Shown: positions 29,296 to 40,265 of the stretch, piece after piece | Layout of the letters: each line of letters opens with the position of its first letter | Position numbering within the stretch: the first letter of the stretch is position 1 | NCBI GenBank assembly: GCA_965116925.1 | Contig: OZ220744.1 | Span: forward strand, 5,856,001 to 5,920,000 | DNA: 64,000 bases | Reading direction: 5' to 3' | Source of the DNA: Candidatus Poribacteria bacterium | GTDB lineage: Bacteria; Poribacteria; WGA-4E; PCPOR2b | Notes under the pieces: model-generated | The model's input: the letters and a program-made list of their open reading frames with translations, nothing else | Database searches by the model: none | Told to the model about the DNA's origin: nothing | Program-made: the position numbers and the translations under genes

Positions 29296-31299
29296 CTACG
29301 ACACAATTTCGATTGCTTCAAATAAGCTCAGTTCAGGGATCTGAATCGTCAGCAGACCATCTGACCGGCTATATGCACATGTTTCCCCTGAAACGAGGCT
29401 TCGCACGGATCTCGGCTGCTTCGCTGATGGCAACTCAATTTCCAAGTCTACCATTTTGACCGGCGGGTAAAAACTCACCCCGAAATGCCCCGAACCGTTC
29501 ACTAGATGCAATAGTTGTGAGCTGCCGTCCACCTTTTCAAACCACGTGACCTCGACCATCGGAGACAGGTTGCCCCCGATTGGCGTCAGCCCGGCAACTC
29601 CTCGCAGTAGGTCAGTGACAAAATCGGAGGTATTGGGATAGCCCTGCCGGTGGAACAGCTGCCCCGGCTCCCACGGGATATAGATCGCCTTTCCATCTCC
29701 GAAGGGACGCACCGTGAACGCTGGATGCTCGGTAACTTGCGTGTAGTAGCACCGCTCAGGAGGACCGAAGTTGTGTGGTGGAATCAGTTTGAATCGTTGT
29801 TGGACATCCGATGCATACGCCGCATAGACATACGTCCCGTCCATATAGATAAGCTCAGTATCGGAGAATCGTTCAAACCCCTGCTTATTGTCCAACTTGA
29901 AATACGACCCGCGCATATCCGTCCGTATTCGTTGGACCTGTGTAATACCCAGACTTTTTAGTGCCGGCGTTGGTCTAGGTTCATCGTCCGCATCTCGGAA
30001 TCCGCTCTGGGAAGCGGCGATCACCGTTCCACCTTCCTCGACAAACCGATCTATCTTCTCTGCCAGCTCATCGCTCATCGATCGAACGTCGGGCAACACA
30101 ATCGCTTGATACCTGTCCCACGCCAAATCGAGTGCTGCATCCGCTGTCAGTGTATCGAAAAGGAAGTGGTTCTCTACCAAGAAACGGAACCACCCCTTGA
30201 ATGCCTCCGCGCTGACTCGGTCAGATTTCAGCAGCGCAATGTTTGCCTTCGATCGGTTGTCGGTGTATGCTGTCTCATTGGCTGCGTGATAGTGGTAGAT
30301 CGCCTTGATAGGCTCAAACCCGGATCTATCCTCATGATTGTCCAACCGTCCGATGAGGTAATAATCTAGTGCTCCACCGTTGGCTAAGTTCTGCGCCAAA
30401 CGTAACGCCTGCTGATGGGGCGACACCGCGACGTGCCGGTAGGGGAAGTCGATAAAGTCAACGGTCGTACCGCTGGAGGTCATCTCTGGATAACTGCTCA
30501 CCGCCCATTTCGTATTGTCGGACGCGCTGTACTGCCAGTGTGGCAGGGGGCGGTCTAACGCAGTGTTTGCCTCCATCCGGTTGAACCCTCGACGCATTTC
30601 CCGATGGTTGGCGATACAAATATCGGGCTTCAGCTTGTGAATAAAATCGTAGACCTTCTTGTGGTGTGCCTGTAATGTCCGTCCCTTGAAGAGGTTATAT
30701 TTCCGAAACGTCGGGTCGGCGTGATTCTCTTCGGTTGGCAGAGACAATCCAAACATCTCTGAAAAAAGTCGTTCGCAGTTGGCACAATGGCAGATGCCGT
30801 GATAGTTGCCGCTATAATCCCTCGTCTGGTAGCCGCCCATGTTAAAGAAGATTCCATCGAAATCGTGCGTTGTGAGCAGTTCCTCAATAATTCGCAAGGC
30901 GTACTCCTGCTGATAGCCTCCGTTCAGGCAGACCTGCACATCTCCGTTGTATTCGATAATCTCGCCGGCAGTGGTAAGGGACGCCCATTCCGGATGGGCT
31001 TCATAAATTGGGAAACGCACCTTAGAGAAATCGGTGCGTGCCATCACGCGGATATCGGCACGGTGACATGCAGCAATGATTGTTTGGAGGCTATCGCCCT
31101 TCAGAAACGGACTCTGAAAATGGTACGGCAGCTTCGTAGGATAGCTAGCGATAATCCCCGCTGCATTAATCATCAGCACATTTGCTTTGAACGCCTGCAT
31201 ATCGGCAACTACGCGCTCGGCATCAATGTCGAGCATGTCAATCTCTCGTAGGTTCGTTTGGATGAACCGCCATGTTTTGCTGTGCCACCAATCCGCCAT
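29296..31299 (-). CDS. Putative glycoside hydrolase (GHL6-like) with beta-galactosidase trimerisation-like domain
   Basis: QTNLRE.D, ARTDFSK, DFDGIFFN, CHC.NC; GATase-like C-terminal region. Confidence 0.75.
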   Translation of the reverse strand: MADWWHSKTWRFIQTNLREIDMLDIDAERVVADMQAFKANVLMINAAGIIASYPTKLPYHFQSPFLKGDSLQTIIAACHRADIRVMARTDFSKVRFPIYEAHPEWASLTTAGEIIEYNGDVQVCLNGGYQQEYALRIIEELLTTHDFDGIFFNMGGYQTRDYSGNYHGICHCANCERLFSEMFGLSLPTEENHADPTFRKYNLFKGRTLQAHHKKVYDFIHKLKPDICIANHREMRRGFNRMEANTALDRPLPHWQYSASDNTKWAVSSYPEMTSSGTTVDFIDFPYRHVAVSPHQQALRLAQNLANGGALDYYLIGRLDNHEDRSGFEPIKAIYHYHAANETAYTDNRSKANIALLKSDRVSAEAFKGWFRFLVENHFLFDTLTADAALDLAWDRYQAIVLPDVRSMSDELAEKIDRFVEEGGTVIAASQSGFRDADDEPRPTPALKSLGITQVQRIRTDMRGSYFKLDNKQGFERFSDTELIYMDGTYVYAAYASDVQQRFKLIPPHNFGPPERCYYTQVTEHPAFTVRPFGDGKAIYIPWEPGQLFHRQGYPNTSDFVTDLLRGVAGLTPIGGNLSPMVEVTWFEKVDGSSQLLHLVNGSGHFGVSFYPPVKMVDLEIELPSAKQPRSVRSLVSGETCAYSRSDGLLTIQIPELSLFEAIEIVS

Positions 31300-31326
31300 G
31301 GAATAACCTCCTAATCTAGAGTTATT

Positions 31327-31434
31327 TATAGTGAATTCAAAAAATAAATAGACACTTTCGCCCCCCATGTTTGGTAGGCGCTGTTTCCAACTGCGCCGAT
31401 TGGGAGTGTTTCGTTAATTCTAAAATCTACTATA
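31327..31434. mobile_element. MITE-A copy (reverse orientation)
   Basis: TATAGTGAATT...CTACTATA; near reverse complement of 28760-28867. Confidence 0.8.
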
Positions 31435-31697
31435 GTTTTCTGTTTTGGCTCATGCTGCGCTGTTCGTAGCAGCGCGTTCTATCTCTACCCGGTAGGCACT
31501 TGCATCCCGCCTGTCCCCCTAGTCCCGATTTATTGGACGATTCATCAGAGATCTATCGGGGCAATAATATGGGAGAATTATAGTGAATTAGAAAAACAAG
31601 TAGACATTTACCAATAACTCCAACCTTTGTGCAGTTTCAAAAGTCCCCCTGACAAGAGTTTCCCCCTGATAAGGGGGACTAAGGGGGTTAGGGGATT

Positions 31698-31901
31698 GGC
31701 TCATATAAAAAAAAGGTGCAAAACGCGAAGCGAAATCGTAGGGGCGGGGTCTCCCCGCCCGTGTCACATCCCGCCTGCCTGCTCTCGGCTTGTCGGAGTC
31801 CCCCTGGTCTCGATTCATCGGGGATTTATCGGGGCAGTAAGGGTTGGGGGACCCAACCCCTACAAACATTCGGTTCCTTTGCACTAAATCTTGCATGAGC
31901 G
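31698..31901. mobile_element. MITE-B copy carrying a GTAG REP doublet
   Basis: GGCTCATATAAAAA...GCACTAAATCTTGCATGAGC; internal GTAGGGGCGGGGTCTCCCCGCCC and CCCAACCCCTAC. Confidence 0.72.
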
Positions 31902-31987
31902 AAATCGGTTTCTGTTGCACGATTTCCCAGCATGAATCAAAGTTGGAAGGTGCTAAAGTTATCCATGCTTCCCAACATTAGTCCGCC

Positions 31988-33481
31988 TTATTTATCTTTT
32001 CCCTCAGAGTGCCACTGAATCTGCGGCATATTCGTGCGCGGGGGCTGGGGCCAATGTGAGCCGCGTTGGCTGGAGAGCCCTCTGTTGGGACCGGGGACAA
32101 AGTCTCGGTCAGGTAAGCCAACGAGCTGCCCATTTTCTGCCCAAGCCTCATCGCCGCCGTAGAGTTGACCAACCAGACGGTCAGTTAGATTGGTGAGGAT
32201 AGCGGCATGTTCAGCGGAAGTGGAGAGATCCGTCAATTCATTCGGGTCGTTCTGCAAATCGAAAAGCTGCCGACAGTTGCCAACCGGATAATAGATGAGC
32301 TTATAACGACCATCGTGAATCATGCGTGTGGCATGGTTATCCTCACCCACTTCGCCGTAGAACCAATCCCGTCTTCCCTCACCGACCATTGACCTCCCTT
32401 CAACCGTCTCAGGGATATCAATACCCGCCAAGTCGAGCAATGTTGGCATCACATCCGACCAACCGACCAATCGGTCATCTACACGGTTGTAACCGACCCG
32501 TTCATCCCCAGCGACGCCGAGCAGAATCATCGGGATGTTAGCGGAGTATTCGTAGAACAGTCGCTTCGCCCACATACCGTGGTTGCCGAGCATATCGCCG
32601 TGATCGGATGTAAAGCAGATAATCGTATTGTCAAGCTCGCCCTCTTCACGCAAAGTCCCGAGAATGACACGCAACTGATGATCAATATGGGTGCAAAGCG
32701 CATAGAAGGCACGCCGAGCGGCAATGGTCTGGTGTGGTGTCAGTTTAGCCCCTCGTGCAACATTGGCTTGCAAGCTTAAGGGCAAATCTTCTGAGGACGC
32801 TGCCCAGCTGCCACTGTAGGGTTCATCAATCGGAATATCGCTGTACAGATCCAGATAGGTTTGTAGGGGAACAATTGGTGGGTGTGGGTGACGGTAGGAG
32901 ATAAACCAGAAAGCAGGGCGGTTTGGATCCCGACGTTTGACAATCCGCGCCATCTGACTCGTCGCCCAATTGGTCGCATGGGTCTCTTCGGGAAGATGCC
33001 ATGGACGGTTGACATATTCGTTGTTACCCATCCCGTGATCAAAGTGGCGTCCTGCATATCCTTGATCGCCGAGAAACAGTTCGTAATCATCTAAAACCCC
33101 GTATTGGACGCGACCCTCTTCGTCCAAAATCACATCGTCGAAACCGATCCTATCGCGTTGCGGGTAGACGTGCAGTTTCCCGACCGCATAAGCCTGATAT
33201 CCTGCGTCCCGAAAGGTCTGTGCCATCGTCGGTATTTCGGGCATGGTCAGTTTATCTTTGAACACCCGATCCCCGTGGGTGCGGGGTGTAGTTCCTGTCA
33301 TAAGGGTCCGACGGGCGGGAATGCAGACCGGGCACTCCGCATAGGCGTTACTGAAACGAACCCCGCTGCGACAGAGTTCGTCGAGGGTTGGGGTTTGGAT
33401 GGCTGGATGTCCCGCAGCGCCGAACAGGGCAGCGGGCCAATGGTCAGTGCTTATTAAAAGTACATTTGGTTTAGCAGACAT
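31988..33481 (-). CDS. Sulfatase (Cys-type)
   Basis: CIPARRTLMTG (CxPxR), GKLH, TSDHGDMLG. Confidence 0.93.
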   Translation of the reverse strand: MSAKPNVLLISTDHWPAALFGAAGHPAIQTPTLDELCRSGVRFSNAYAECPVCIPARRTLMTGTTPRTHGDRVFKDKLTMPEIPTMAQTFRDAGYQAYAVGKLHVYPQRDRIGFDDVILDEEGRVQYGVLDDYELFLGDQGYAGRHFDHGMGNNEYVNRPWHLPEETHATNWATSQMARIVKRRDPNRPAFWFISYRHPHPPIVPLQTYLDLYSDIPIDEPYSGSWAASSEDLPLSLQANVARGAKLTPHQTIAARRAFYALCTHIDHQLRVILGTLREEGELDNTIICFTSDHGDMLGNHGMWAKRLFYEYSANIPMILLGVAGDERVGYNRVDDRLVGWSDVMPTLLDLAGIDIPETVEGRSMVGEGRRDWFYGEVGEDNHATRMIHDGRYKLIYYPVGNCRQLFDLQNDPNELTDLSTSAEHAAILTNLTDRLVGQLYGGDEAWAENGQLVGLPDRDFVPGPNRGLSSQRGSHWPQPPRTNMPQIQWHSEGKDK

Positions 33482-33505
33482 AGATTATTCCTCCCTACAC
33501 ATCGT

Positions 33506-34456
33506 TCATAGGTCAATATCATCGGTCTCTAGATTCAACCAACGCATCTCATCAGGGGATAGTTGGATCGCCAACGCTTCAAGACATGAAGATAACTCTT
33601 CGTGAGTTAAGGGACCAACGAGCGGAAAGGTTGGAAACGGTTGATGCAGAACAAACGCAAGTGAAATCTGTATCGGCGTGCACCCCTTCTTCTCCCCAAC
33701 TGTTTGCGCTCGGTTGAGTCGCTCAAAATTGGCATCGTTATAGTACACCCGCACCATGTCCTGATTTTCCCGTTTTTCAGGAGCAAAACGTCCGCTGAAG
33801 AACCCTCGTGCCTGCGAGGACCACGGCAGCAGCGGAAATTGCGTTTCATTATGCCATTCCCATGCCGTTTCTGATACAGACACAACACCTTTCCACATCG
33901 GTTCCATCGGGACAGCCAAGCTGATATTGTTGCTGCTGACCGCAAATCCGTGCAATCCATGTTCTGCGGCGTATTCATTCGCTTCTTGGAGGCGTTCAAG
34001 TTCCCAATTCGACGCTCCGATCGCTCGAAGGTTGCCCGCACGAATCTCCTGATTCAGGTGCTCGATGATTGTGCTGGCGGGAATGCTTGGATCATCCCGA
34101 TGCAGCAGAAACAGGTCGATATAATCGGTCTGTAGACGGAGGAGGCTTTCATGGATGTCGTGGGCAAGTTCCTCCGGACTCAAGCGTGGACGTGGCACTG
34201 CAGCGTGTGGATGTCCGCCCTTATCAACCAAGAACACCTCGGATCGGTTTTTCCGATTTTTCATCCACATACCGAGCAGCCGTTCACTGTCGCCGCCCCC
34301 GTAACTATGCGCGGAATCAAGTGCATTCCCGCCGGCTGCAAAAAATTCGTCTAGCATTGAATAACTGTGTTCCATCGTATCGGGCGTAAATAGCATACAC
34401 CCAAGCACAAGTTGAGAAACCTCTCTGTCTATTCCTGGGATCGTTCCGTAATTCAT
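33506..34456 (-). CDS. Aldo/keto reductase
   Basis: LDSAHSYG, RLQTDYIDLFLLHRDD, IGASNW. Confidence 0.9.
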   Translation of the reverse strand: MNYGTIPGIDREVSQLVLGCMLFTPDTMEHSYSMLDEFFAAGGNALDSAHSYGGGDSERLLGMWMKNRKNRSEVFLVDKGGHPHAAVPRPRLSPEELAHDIHESLLRLQTDYIDLFLLHRDDPSIPASTIIEHLNQEIRAGNLRAIGASNWELERLQEANEYAAEHGLHGFAVSSNNISLAVPMEPMWKGVVSVSETAWEWHNETQFPLLPWSSQARGFFSGRFAPEKRENQDMVRVYYNDANFERLNRAQTVGEKKGCTPIQISLAFVLHQPFPTFPLVGPLTHEELSSCLEALAIQLSPDEMRWLNLETDDIDL

Positions 34457-34598
34457 TGGGACTCCTCTCAATAAGTATGTTGGATACATGATAACAAAAA
34501 AAGGGAAAAAGGTCTATACTCGCCACAATTTTTGCCCTGTCAACGCAAACTATGCTACAATACTGACTGGATTTTTAACCTTTTGGAGGATTTCAACA

Positions 34599-35789
34599 AT
34601 GAAGATTAATACCCTTGAAATGATTACGCTGCACATCCCTTTTTACGCCGATTATGTCACTCGACACATGCAACGCGCCTTGACCCATTCGGAGCAGGTA
34701 GAGGTGTACCGCGTTGAATTGGATAACGGCGTTATCGGTTATGGCGAAAATTTGGGGGACGAATCCGGCAACTTCGATCGGGTTATCGGACAAAACCCGT
34801 TTGCAATTATGCAGGACGACAGCATCGGTTTCGGGATTCAGATGTCCCTGTTTGATGCCGTCGGCAAATCGGTTGGCGTTCCTGTCTACCAACTGTTGGG
34901 TGCAAAGGTTCGGGACCGCTGCCCGATTTCGTGGTGGGATATCGATATGCCGCCGGAGGATTGGGTGAAAGAGGCGGAGGAATCAATTAAACGCGGTTAC
35001 ACATCAATTAAGCTGAAAGCCCGTCCGTGGCGGGACATCTTCGAGCAGGTAGAGGCGGTTGGAAAGGTTGTCCCAGAAGGTTACAAATTGGACATCGACT
35101 TCAACGGTTTTCTCCGAACAGCGGAGGGCGCACAACCCGTTTTGCAGGAGTTGGATAAACACCCCAACGTCGCATACTACGAAAGCCCTTACTATCTCGG
35201 CACAGACATCGAAGGTGCCGGGCGACTACAGGAAGTGGTGGAAAAACGGATCGTCGAACACTTTAATGAATCGTGTCTACACGCCCGCTGCTGCGGTGGA
35301 TTTGTTGTTGGGGGTGGGGCAACGGGGACACGGAGAATCAATGCGTTGTGTGCTTCGTTTGACAAACCGTTCTGGCTGCAGATGGTTGGAACGGGGATTA
35401 CGACCGCCTACGCCATGCACATCGGCGCGGTTCTATCTCATGCACAGCTGCCGGCAATCACCTGCTTTGAGTTGTGGGAACACGATCTTTTAACGCAACG
35501 GTTGGAGGTGGTAGACGGTACAATTGCTCCACCGGAAGCACCGGGGCTAGGCATTGAAGTTGATGAGTACGCGCTAGAACGCTACCGCGTTGAGCCGGGA
35601 ACACCTTCACCCACAGCCCTCTACAAGCAGAGGGAACGGACCTGTCGTGTGCATATTCCCGATGGCAAAGGGGGTGAGGTTGTCCACGATTTCACTGGTG
35701 AGGATGTCTATTATCCCGCTTTTAGTGAAGGAGAGTATCCGGGATTTGTTCGTGGTGTCTGGATGGAAGTGATTGAAGGGGCAGGATAA
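34599..35789 (+). CDS. Mandelate racemase/MLE (enolase superfamily) protein
   Basis: FDAVGK..GVPVYQLLG, KxK motif, DFN, PGLGIEVD. Confidence 0.88.
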   Translation: MKINTLEMITLHIPFYADYVTRHMQRALTHSEQVEVYRVELDNGVIGYGENLGDESGNFDRVIGQNPFAIMQDDSIGFGIQMSLFDAVGKSVGVPVYQLLGAKVRDRCPISWWDIDMPPEDWVKEAEESIKRGYTSIKLKARPWRDIFEQVEAVGKVVPEGYKLDIDFNGFLRTAEGAQPVLQELDKHPNVAYYESPYYLGTDIEGAGRLQEVVEKRIVEHFNESCLHARCCGGFVVGGGATGTRRINALCASFDKPFWLQMVGTGITTAYAMHIGAVLSHAQLPAITCFELWEHDLLTQRLEVVDGTIAPPEAPGLGIEVDEYALERYRVEPGTPSPTALYKQRERTCRVHIPDGKGGEVVHDFTGEDVYYPAFSEGEYPGFVRGVWMEVIEGAG

Positions 35790-35809
35790 ATCTAGATGTT
35801 TAGGTGGAA

Positions 35810-35846
35810 GGTGCTAGGGGCAACAATCACCGTTGCTCCTAGCACC
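35810..35846. terminator. Strong hairpin between convergent genes (terminator or REP-like)
   Basis: GGTGCTAGGGGCAAC...GTTGCTCCTAGCACC. Confidence 0.6.
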
Positions 35847-35885
35847 CCGTCCCTACAAAATTGATAGCGTACTAACACTACAAAT

Positions 35886-36305
35886 CTAAAGCATATCGAG
35901 TTGAGCAGCAATCTCAGTCAACTTGCTTTCCATTTGACTTGCAGCTGCTTTAAGTTTTTCCTGATCGATTTTCAATCGTCGAATCCTATCATCTTGGTGT
36001 GACAGGATGCAAAACTGGTAGTTTTTCCGTATATCAAAGCCCGCCTGCTTAATGTTCTCTTTCACAGGGCCCTCCGGGTAATACCACCGCTGCCCTCGGG
36101 TCTGATCCAGATTCATGTGGCAATGCCCCTCGTCGCCGCCAAAACAGTCGAACCGCAAAACCTCGTTATCATAAAAATATAAAGAGGCTGCGGGCCCATG
36201 GCCACCCCGGTCGGATCTCCAATATACTTCCAATCTAACGTTATCCTGTACCGGATATTCAACCCAGTCAAACCTTTCCTGATTGTTCACTACCTTAGTT
36301 GCCAT
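35886..36305 (-). CDS. Hypothetical protein
   Basis: GGAGGAG RBS; contains EVLRFDCF...HCH. Confidence 0.65.
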   Translation of the reverse strand: MATKVVNNQERFDWVEYPVQDNVRLEVYWRSDRGGHGPAASLYFYDNEVLRFDCFGGDEGHCHMNLDQTRGQRWYYPEGPVKENIKQAGFDIRKNYQFCILSHQDDRIRRLKIDQEKLKAAASQMESKLTEIAAQLDML

Positions 36306-36439
36306 CTGCTCCTCCAACTATAATGGATGTGGGCGTAACGCCCAGATCTATCAGGGAAATCCCCGACCCATCAACCCTCAATCGGATTTTCCTAAGACTC
36401 TGCCTTACAGTCTAGCATTAACGGGCAAGAATGTCAAGT

Positions 36440-36522
36440 TTAAGATTTGATGCAAAGAAACCGAGTTTTGCCGAAAAAACTCGGTTTCTCTTCATGTTTT
36501 GCACTTTCTTTTTATATGAGCC
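36440..36522. repeat. Partial MITE-B copy
   Basis: Reverse complement of most of 19629-19719, one end missing. Confidence 0.75.
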
Positions 36523-36543
36523 TCCCCGTTTTTCACAGGTCCC

Positions 36544-37614
36544 CTAAGGTTGCTCAACCTCAACTCGGCGACCTGTCTGACTGGATTCCAAAGCTGCATC
36601 GATTATGCGGGCGACTTGGAGCGCGTCACGACCCGATGCAGGCGGAGTGCCTTCACCCTGCCCCGCACGAATAAAGTCGCGGATGAACTCCTCCCCAGCA
36701 ATACCGCCATAGGCCGGAGACTGACCCAAGGTATAGTCAAATTCGCGTTGAGGCGCAGATGCCCAAGAACCCTGAGTCGTTTCAACGCTCATATGCTCTG
36801 CAACCCCCGGGGAACCCCAGTGAATTCGACCATTCTGACCGTTGACACCCACATAGGTATCGTAACTGGGCTGGTTGGGATATTTCGATCCACTCAATGC
36901 AAGGGTATATCCCGCATGTAGAGAACCAACCGCTCCCGAACGCAAACGGAAAGAGAGTGTCGCAATATCCTCCACATCGATATCCTCGCCACTGCGTGTT
37001 GCGACCTCGGCAGACACCGACACGATTTCGTCGTGGGTAATGTAGCGTAGCATGTCGATATAGTGACAGCCCAACCATGCAAGGATGCCGCTCCCCGCGT
37101 ATTCGTGGCGAAACAGCCAACCTTCGGGGTTGCGGTATTGTACCTGCGTCGTCAGCATCCGCATCTCAATCGACATCAGCGGACCCAACAAACCCTGCCC
37201 CACAAGATCTCGCGCTTCACGGATCATCGGATTATACCGATTTTGATAGCAAACACCCAACTGCATACCTGTGCGTTCCGCCGCATCGACAATTCGCTGC
37301 ACATCTGGAGTGGTTCTGCCGACCGGTTTTTCTGCCATTAGATGTTTGCCGGACTCTAATATCCGTATAAAAATATCGGGCTTCAAGTCCGTTCTCATGG
37401 TGGCAATAGCAAAGAAGACATCGTCCTGTGCCAGAACTTCATCCAAATCGGTGGTGATGCTTTCCACCTTACGCTCCTCCAATTGTTGGAAGGCTTCTAG
37501 GGCGGATGGGTCTTCTCCCCAAACAAAAATGCTTTCAACCTCCGGCAATTCTTGTAATGTGCCGAGATGTCCTTCAAAATGGGCATGTCCCGGGCTTAGC
37601 AGCAACGCTTTCAT
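36544..37614 (-). CDS. Gfo/Idh/MocA oxidoreductase
   Basis: GKHLMAEKP, GCHYID. Confidence 0.88.
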   Translation of the reverse strand: MKALLLSPGHAHFEGHLGTLQELPEVESIFVWGEDPSALEAFQQLEERKVESITTDLDEVLAQDDVFFAIATMRTDLKPDIFIRILESGKHLMAEKPVGRTTPDVQRIVDAAERTGMQLGVCYQNRYNPMIREARDLVGQGLLGPLMSIEMRMLTTQVQYRNPEGWLFRHEYAGSGILAWLGCHYIDMLRYITHDEIVSVSAEVATRSGEDIDVEDIATLSFRLRSGAVGSLHAGYTLALSGSKYPNQPSYDTYVGVNGQNGRIHWGSPGVAEHMSVETTQGSWASAPQREFDYTLGQSPAYGGIAGEEFIRDFIRAGQGEGTPPASGRDALQVARIIDAALESSQTGRRVEVEQP

Positions 37615-37937
37615 TTGCTTCTTTCCTTTCATTTAGCAGAGTTACTCAGAAAAATATTATCCCATAGAAGTTTACAAAGAGATCGGTATAAGATCTGATG
37701 GCTTACCTTTGGCCCAATATTGTAGATGCAGCGACAACATAATAACATCTTTTCACAAAATTGGGCAGACCAATTATTGATAAATCTTTGAGAAGCAGCA
37801 CCGCACCTCCACCTACGTCGAAAACGCGAAAAACCGAACCCATCAATTGACAGCCTAACAGCAGTGTGGTATTCTTTTGTGAATTGAAGATGATTGGCTA
37901 TAATTCGTCGGAACGTTGAATCCAAGAGAGGTGAAAC

Positions 37938-38402
37938 ATGCCCAAATTCTATATCAACCTTGTACTTGCCCTGTTGGTGTTCGCCATATTTTTCGGGTTT
38001 GTGACATGGGCACAAAAGACGGAGGATGGAACTCAGAAGGAAGGGGTGACACTAGAAGCACTCGGGGTGACAGCGGAACAGAAGGAGCGGATCAAAGCCC
38101 TATGGGAATTCAAACGTCAAAGTCACCGCCAAGCAATCGAAAATCTGAAGCCCCTGAACCGGCTTGCTAAAGATAAGCTGACATCAGATGAAGAGGTCCG
38201 GGAGATTTTGAAAAAATTTCATCAGCAACGCTTGGCACAGGAACAGAAGATTAAGATGGCTGAAGAGAATCTCCTCAAGTCTCTGCCTCCGCGTGCACAG
38301 CTGCATCTGACCATCCTCGGTGTGCTAGACAACGGTTTACCGCCCCGCTTCGGTGCTGCTCCGAAGAAAGTCGACAATACACAAAAACCGAGCGACAGAT
38401 AG
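37938..38402 (+). CDS. Exported helical protein, possibly Spy/CpxP-like
   Basis: Signal peptide; LGVTAEQKERIK (LTxxQ-like). Confidence 0.6.
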   Translation: MPKFYINLVLALLVFAIFFGFVTWAQKTEDGTQKEGVTLEALGVTAEQKERIKALWEFKRQSHRQAIENLKPLNRLAKDKLTSDEEVREILKKFHQQRLAQEQKIKMAEENLLKSLPPRAQLHLTILGVLDNGLPPRFGAAPKKVDNTQKPSDR

Positions 38403-38431
38403 GAAAAAGAGATCTGCGGGCACAAAAAAGG

Positions 38432-38504
<73 letters not shown>

Positions 38505-38573
38505 ACTTGAACGCCTGTATTTTAACATACTGTCTGCCAAAGCGCAAGGAAAAATCAGCCTTGCCCAAAAACA

Positions 38574-39380
38574 TCATGAACCCGTACTGTGATAGCGTCG
38601 TAGTCCACTACACCAGAGCAGATAGCTAACACAGAGCATCACTAGCGCAACGACCGGTGCTCCGAATTGGAAGAGTTCAGGCATACCGAGAAAATCCTCC
38701 TTTTGAAGGAGCTGTTGGGCGGGATAATAGGTCACAAAAGCGACGGGGAGAATAAACGTCAAAAGTAGCCGTACGGCAAGCGGATAGATCGAGATGGGAA
38801 AAGCGGTTGCTTCTTTGGTTGCACTAATGAGCAGATCCGTCAATTTACCCGATTTTGTCGTCCATAGCGCGACGGTAGCACTGATGAGCATGAGTGTAAA
38901 CATAATCAGCGTACCACTCAAGATTGTTGTGAGAGTAAACAGCGCAACATCCAGCGTCCAGCGAATCCCGCTCAAATGGAACGCGACAACGAAGATAGCA
39001 ACACTGGTCAACGCCCGCGAAACGTGAATTAACTCTATGCGACTTGCAAGGATGTAGAATAGTGGTGGCAAAGGTCTAATTAACACGCCGTCCAACTCAC
39101 CACGGACGATGTACCGATCGAAATCGTCCAATTGGCTTCCCAATATCCGCATGAACGAATACGCCAAGTTCCCTAAGCCGTACAGGAACACCACCTCCGC
39201 CCATGTCCACCCATTAACGGTGCGAAACTTGGCAAGCAGCGCACCTAACAAGCCGAGCAAACAGACTTCGCTGATAACAATTCCGAAGCACATGAGTCCA
39301 AACGAGAGCCGGTATTGAAGCCGAGAGCGCACATACGCCCCAGCGAGAAGAAAGTAGAGTTTGAAGTAGCGTCGCACCAT
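38574..39380 (-). CDS. ABC-2 type permease (DUF990-like)
   Basis: GELDGVLIRP, FPISIYP, GLRRYHSTGS. Confidence 0.88.
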   Translation of the reverse strand: MVRRYFKLYFLLAGAYVRSRLQYRLSFGLMCFGIVISEVCLLGLLGALLAKFRTVNGWTWAEVVFLYGLGNLAYSFMRILGSQLDDFDRYIVRGELDGVLIRPLPPLFYILASRIELIHVSRALTSVAIFVVAFHLSGIRWTLDVALFTLTTILSGTLIMFTLMLISATVALWTTKSGKLTDLLISATKEATAFPISIYPLAVRLLLTFILPVAFVTYYPAQQLLQKEDFLGMPELFQFGAPVVALVMLCVSYLLWCSGLRRYHSTGS

Positions 39381-39402
39381 CGATCCCTCTATATCCCCAA
39401 AT

Positions 39403-39429
39403 GTGGGAACGCAGATCTGCGTTCCCTAC
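39403..39429. repeat. REP-like palindrome inside the ABC operon
   Basis: GGGAACGCAGATCTGCGTTCCCTAC (GTAG on the minus strand). Confidence 0.6.
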
Positions 39430-39447
39430 GATTCCAATGTGTTCATT

Positions 39448-40245
39448 TTATCCGCCTTGGATTACCAGTTTACGGAAGGCTGCACTATATGCCACCCGTC
39501 CAAACCCCGCTAATACAACCACCCAAATCAATTGTATCAACAGTGCCGTAACGAGACTCTCCCCTATTAATTGACCGGTGTAAATGGCGGTCGGAAAATA
39601 GATAATCGCGCGAAAGGGCAAGACCGCTGCAATTTTGGCTAAGAAATCGGGATAAAACTCCAACGGCAAAAAGTAGCCGGAAAACAACATAGCCAGTCCC
39701 CATATAACGAAAGCATAAATACCACGGATCTCGACAAGCCAGAAGGCAAAAATACCAATTATAAATTCTATACTGAACAGAATGATATATCCTAAGACCA
39801 CGCTAATAATAAAGAGGACTACCATCAAAATCGATGATGGTAGCGATAGCCCAAACGTGCTGTAAAATAGCAAGAATTTTGGGAGCATATTGAACAGTGC
39901 CGTATGGCTTGAAGTTCCCGCAGCGGTTGCAAGCATCATCAGCTGAAAATCGATCGGTTTCATTAAGTCGGTGACCACCTCGCCCGTGCGTACCTTCTCT
40001 TCAATAATACGCGCCATTCGGAGTGTAAACGTGAAGGTCAACAGGGTTTGCGAGACGACGATGTAGGTCAGAATCCCGTTCAGGTCATATCCTTCCACCG
40101 ATGTCCGCCCTGTGTATAACGCCTTCCACAGATAGACATAGACCAACATAAACAGCACGTTGATAAATAGTTCCATCCATAACTCAAACCGGTATGTCAG
40201 CGTCCGCTGGAAGGCTTTCACCGTAAAAGTGAGATATTTCTTCAT
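39448..40245 (-). CDS. ABC-2 type permease (DUF990-like)
   Basis: GEVVTDLMKP, FSGYFLPL, LVIQGG. Confidence 0.88.
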   Translation of the reverse strand: MKKYLTFTVKAFQRTLTYRFELWMELFINVLFMLVYVYLWKALYTGRTSVEGYDLNGILTYIVVSQTLLTFTFTLRMARIIEEKVRTGEVVTDLMKPIDFQLMMLATAAGTSSHTALFNMLPKFLLFYSTFGLSLPSSILMVVLFIISVVLGYIILFSIEFIIGIFAFWLVEIRGIYAFVIWGLAMLFSGYFLPLEFYPDFLAKIAAVLPFRAIIYFPTAIYTGQLIGESLVTALLIQLIWVVVLAGFGRVAYSAAFRKLVIQGG

Positions 40246-40265
40246 CGTAATGTGATCCGCGGGTA

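Noticed and set aside
31588..31920. 110-aa and overlapping short ORFs
   Set aside because: Translations of MITE/REP sequence.
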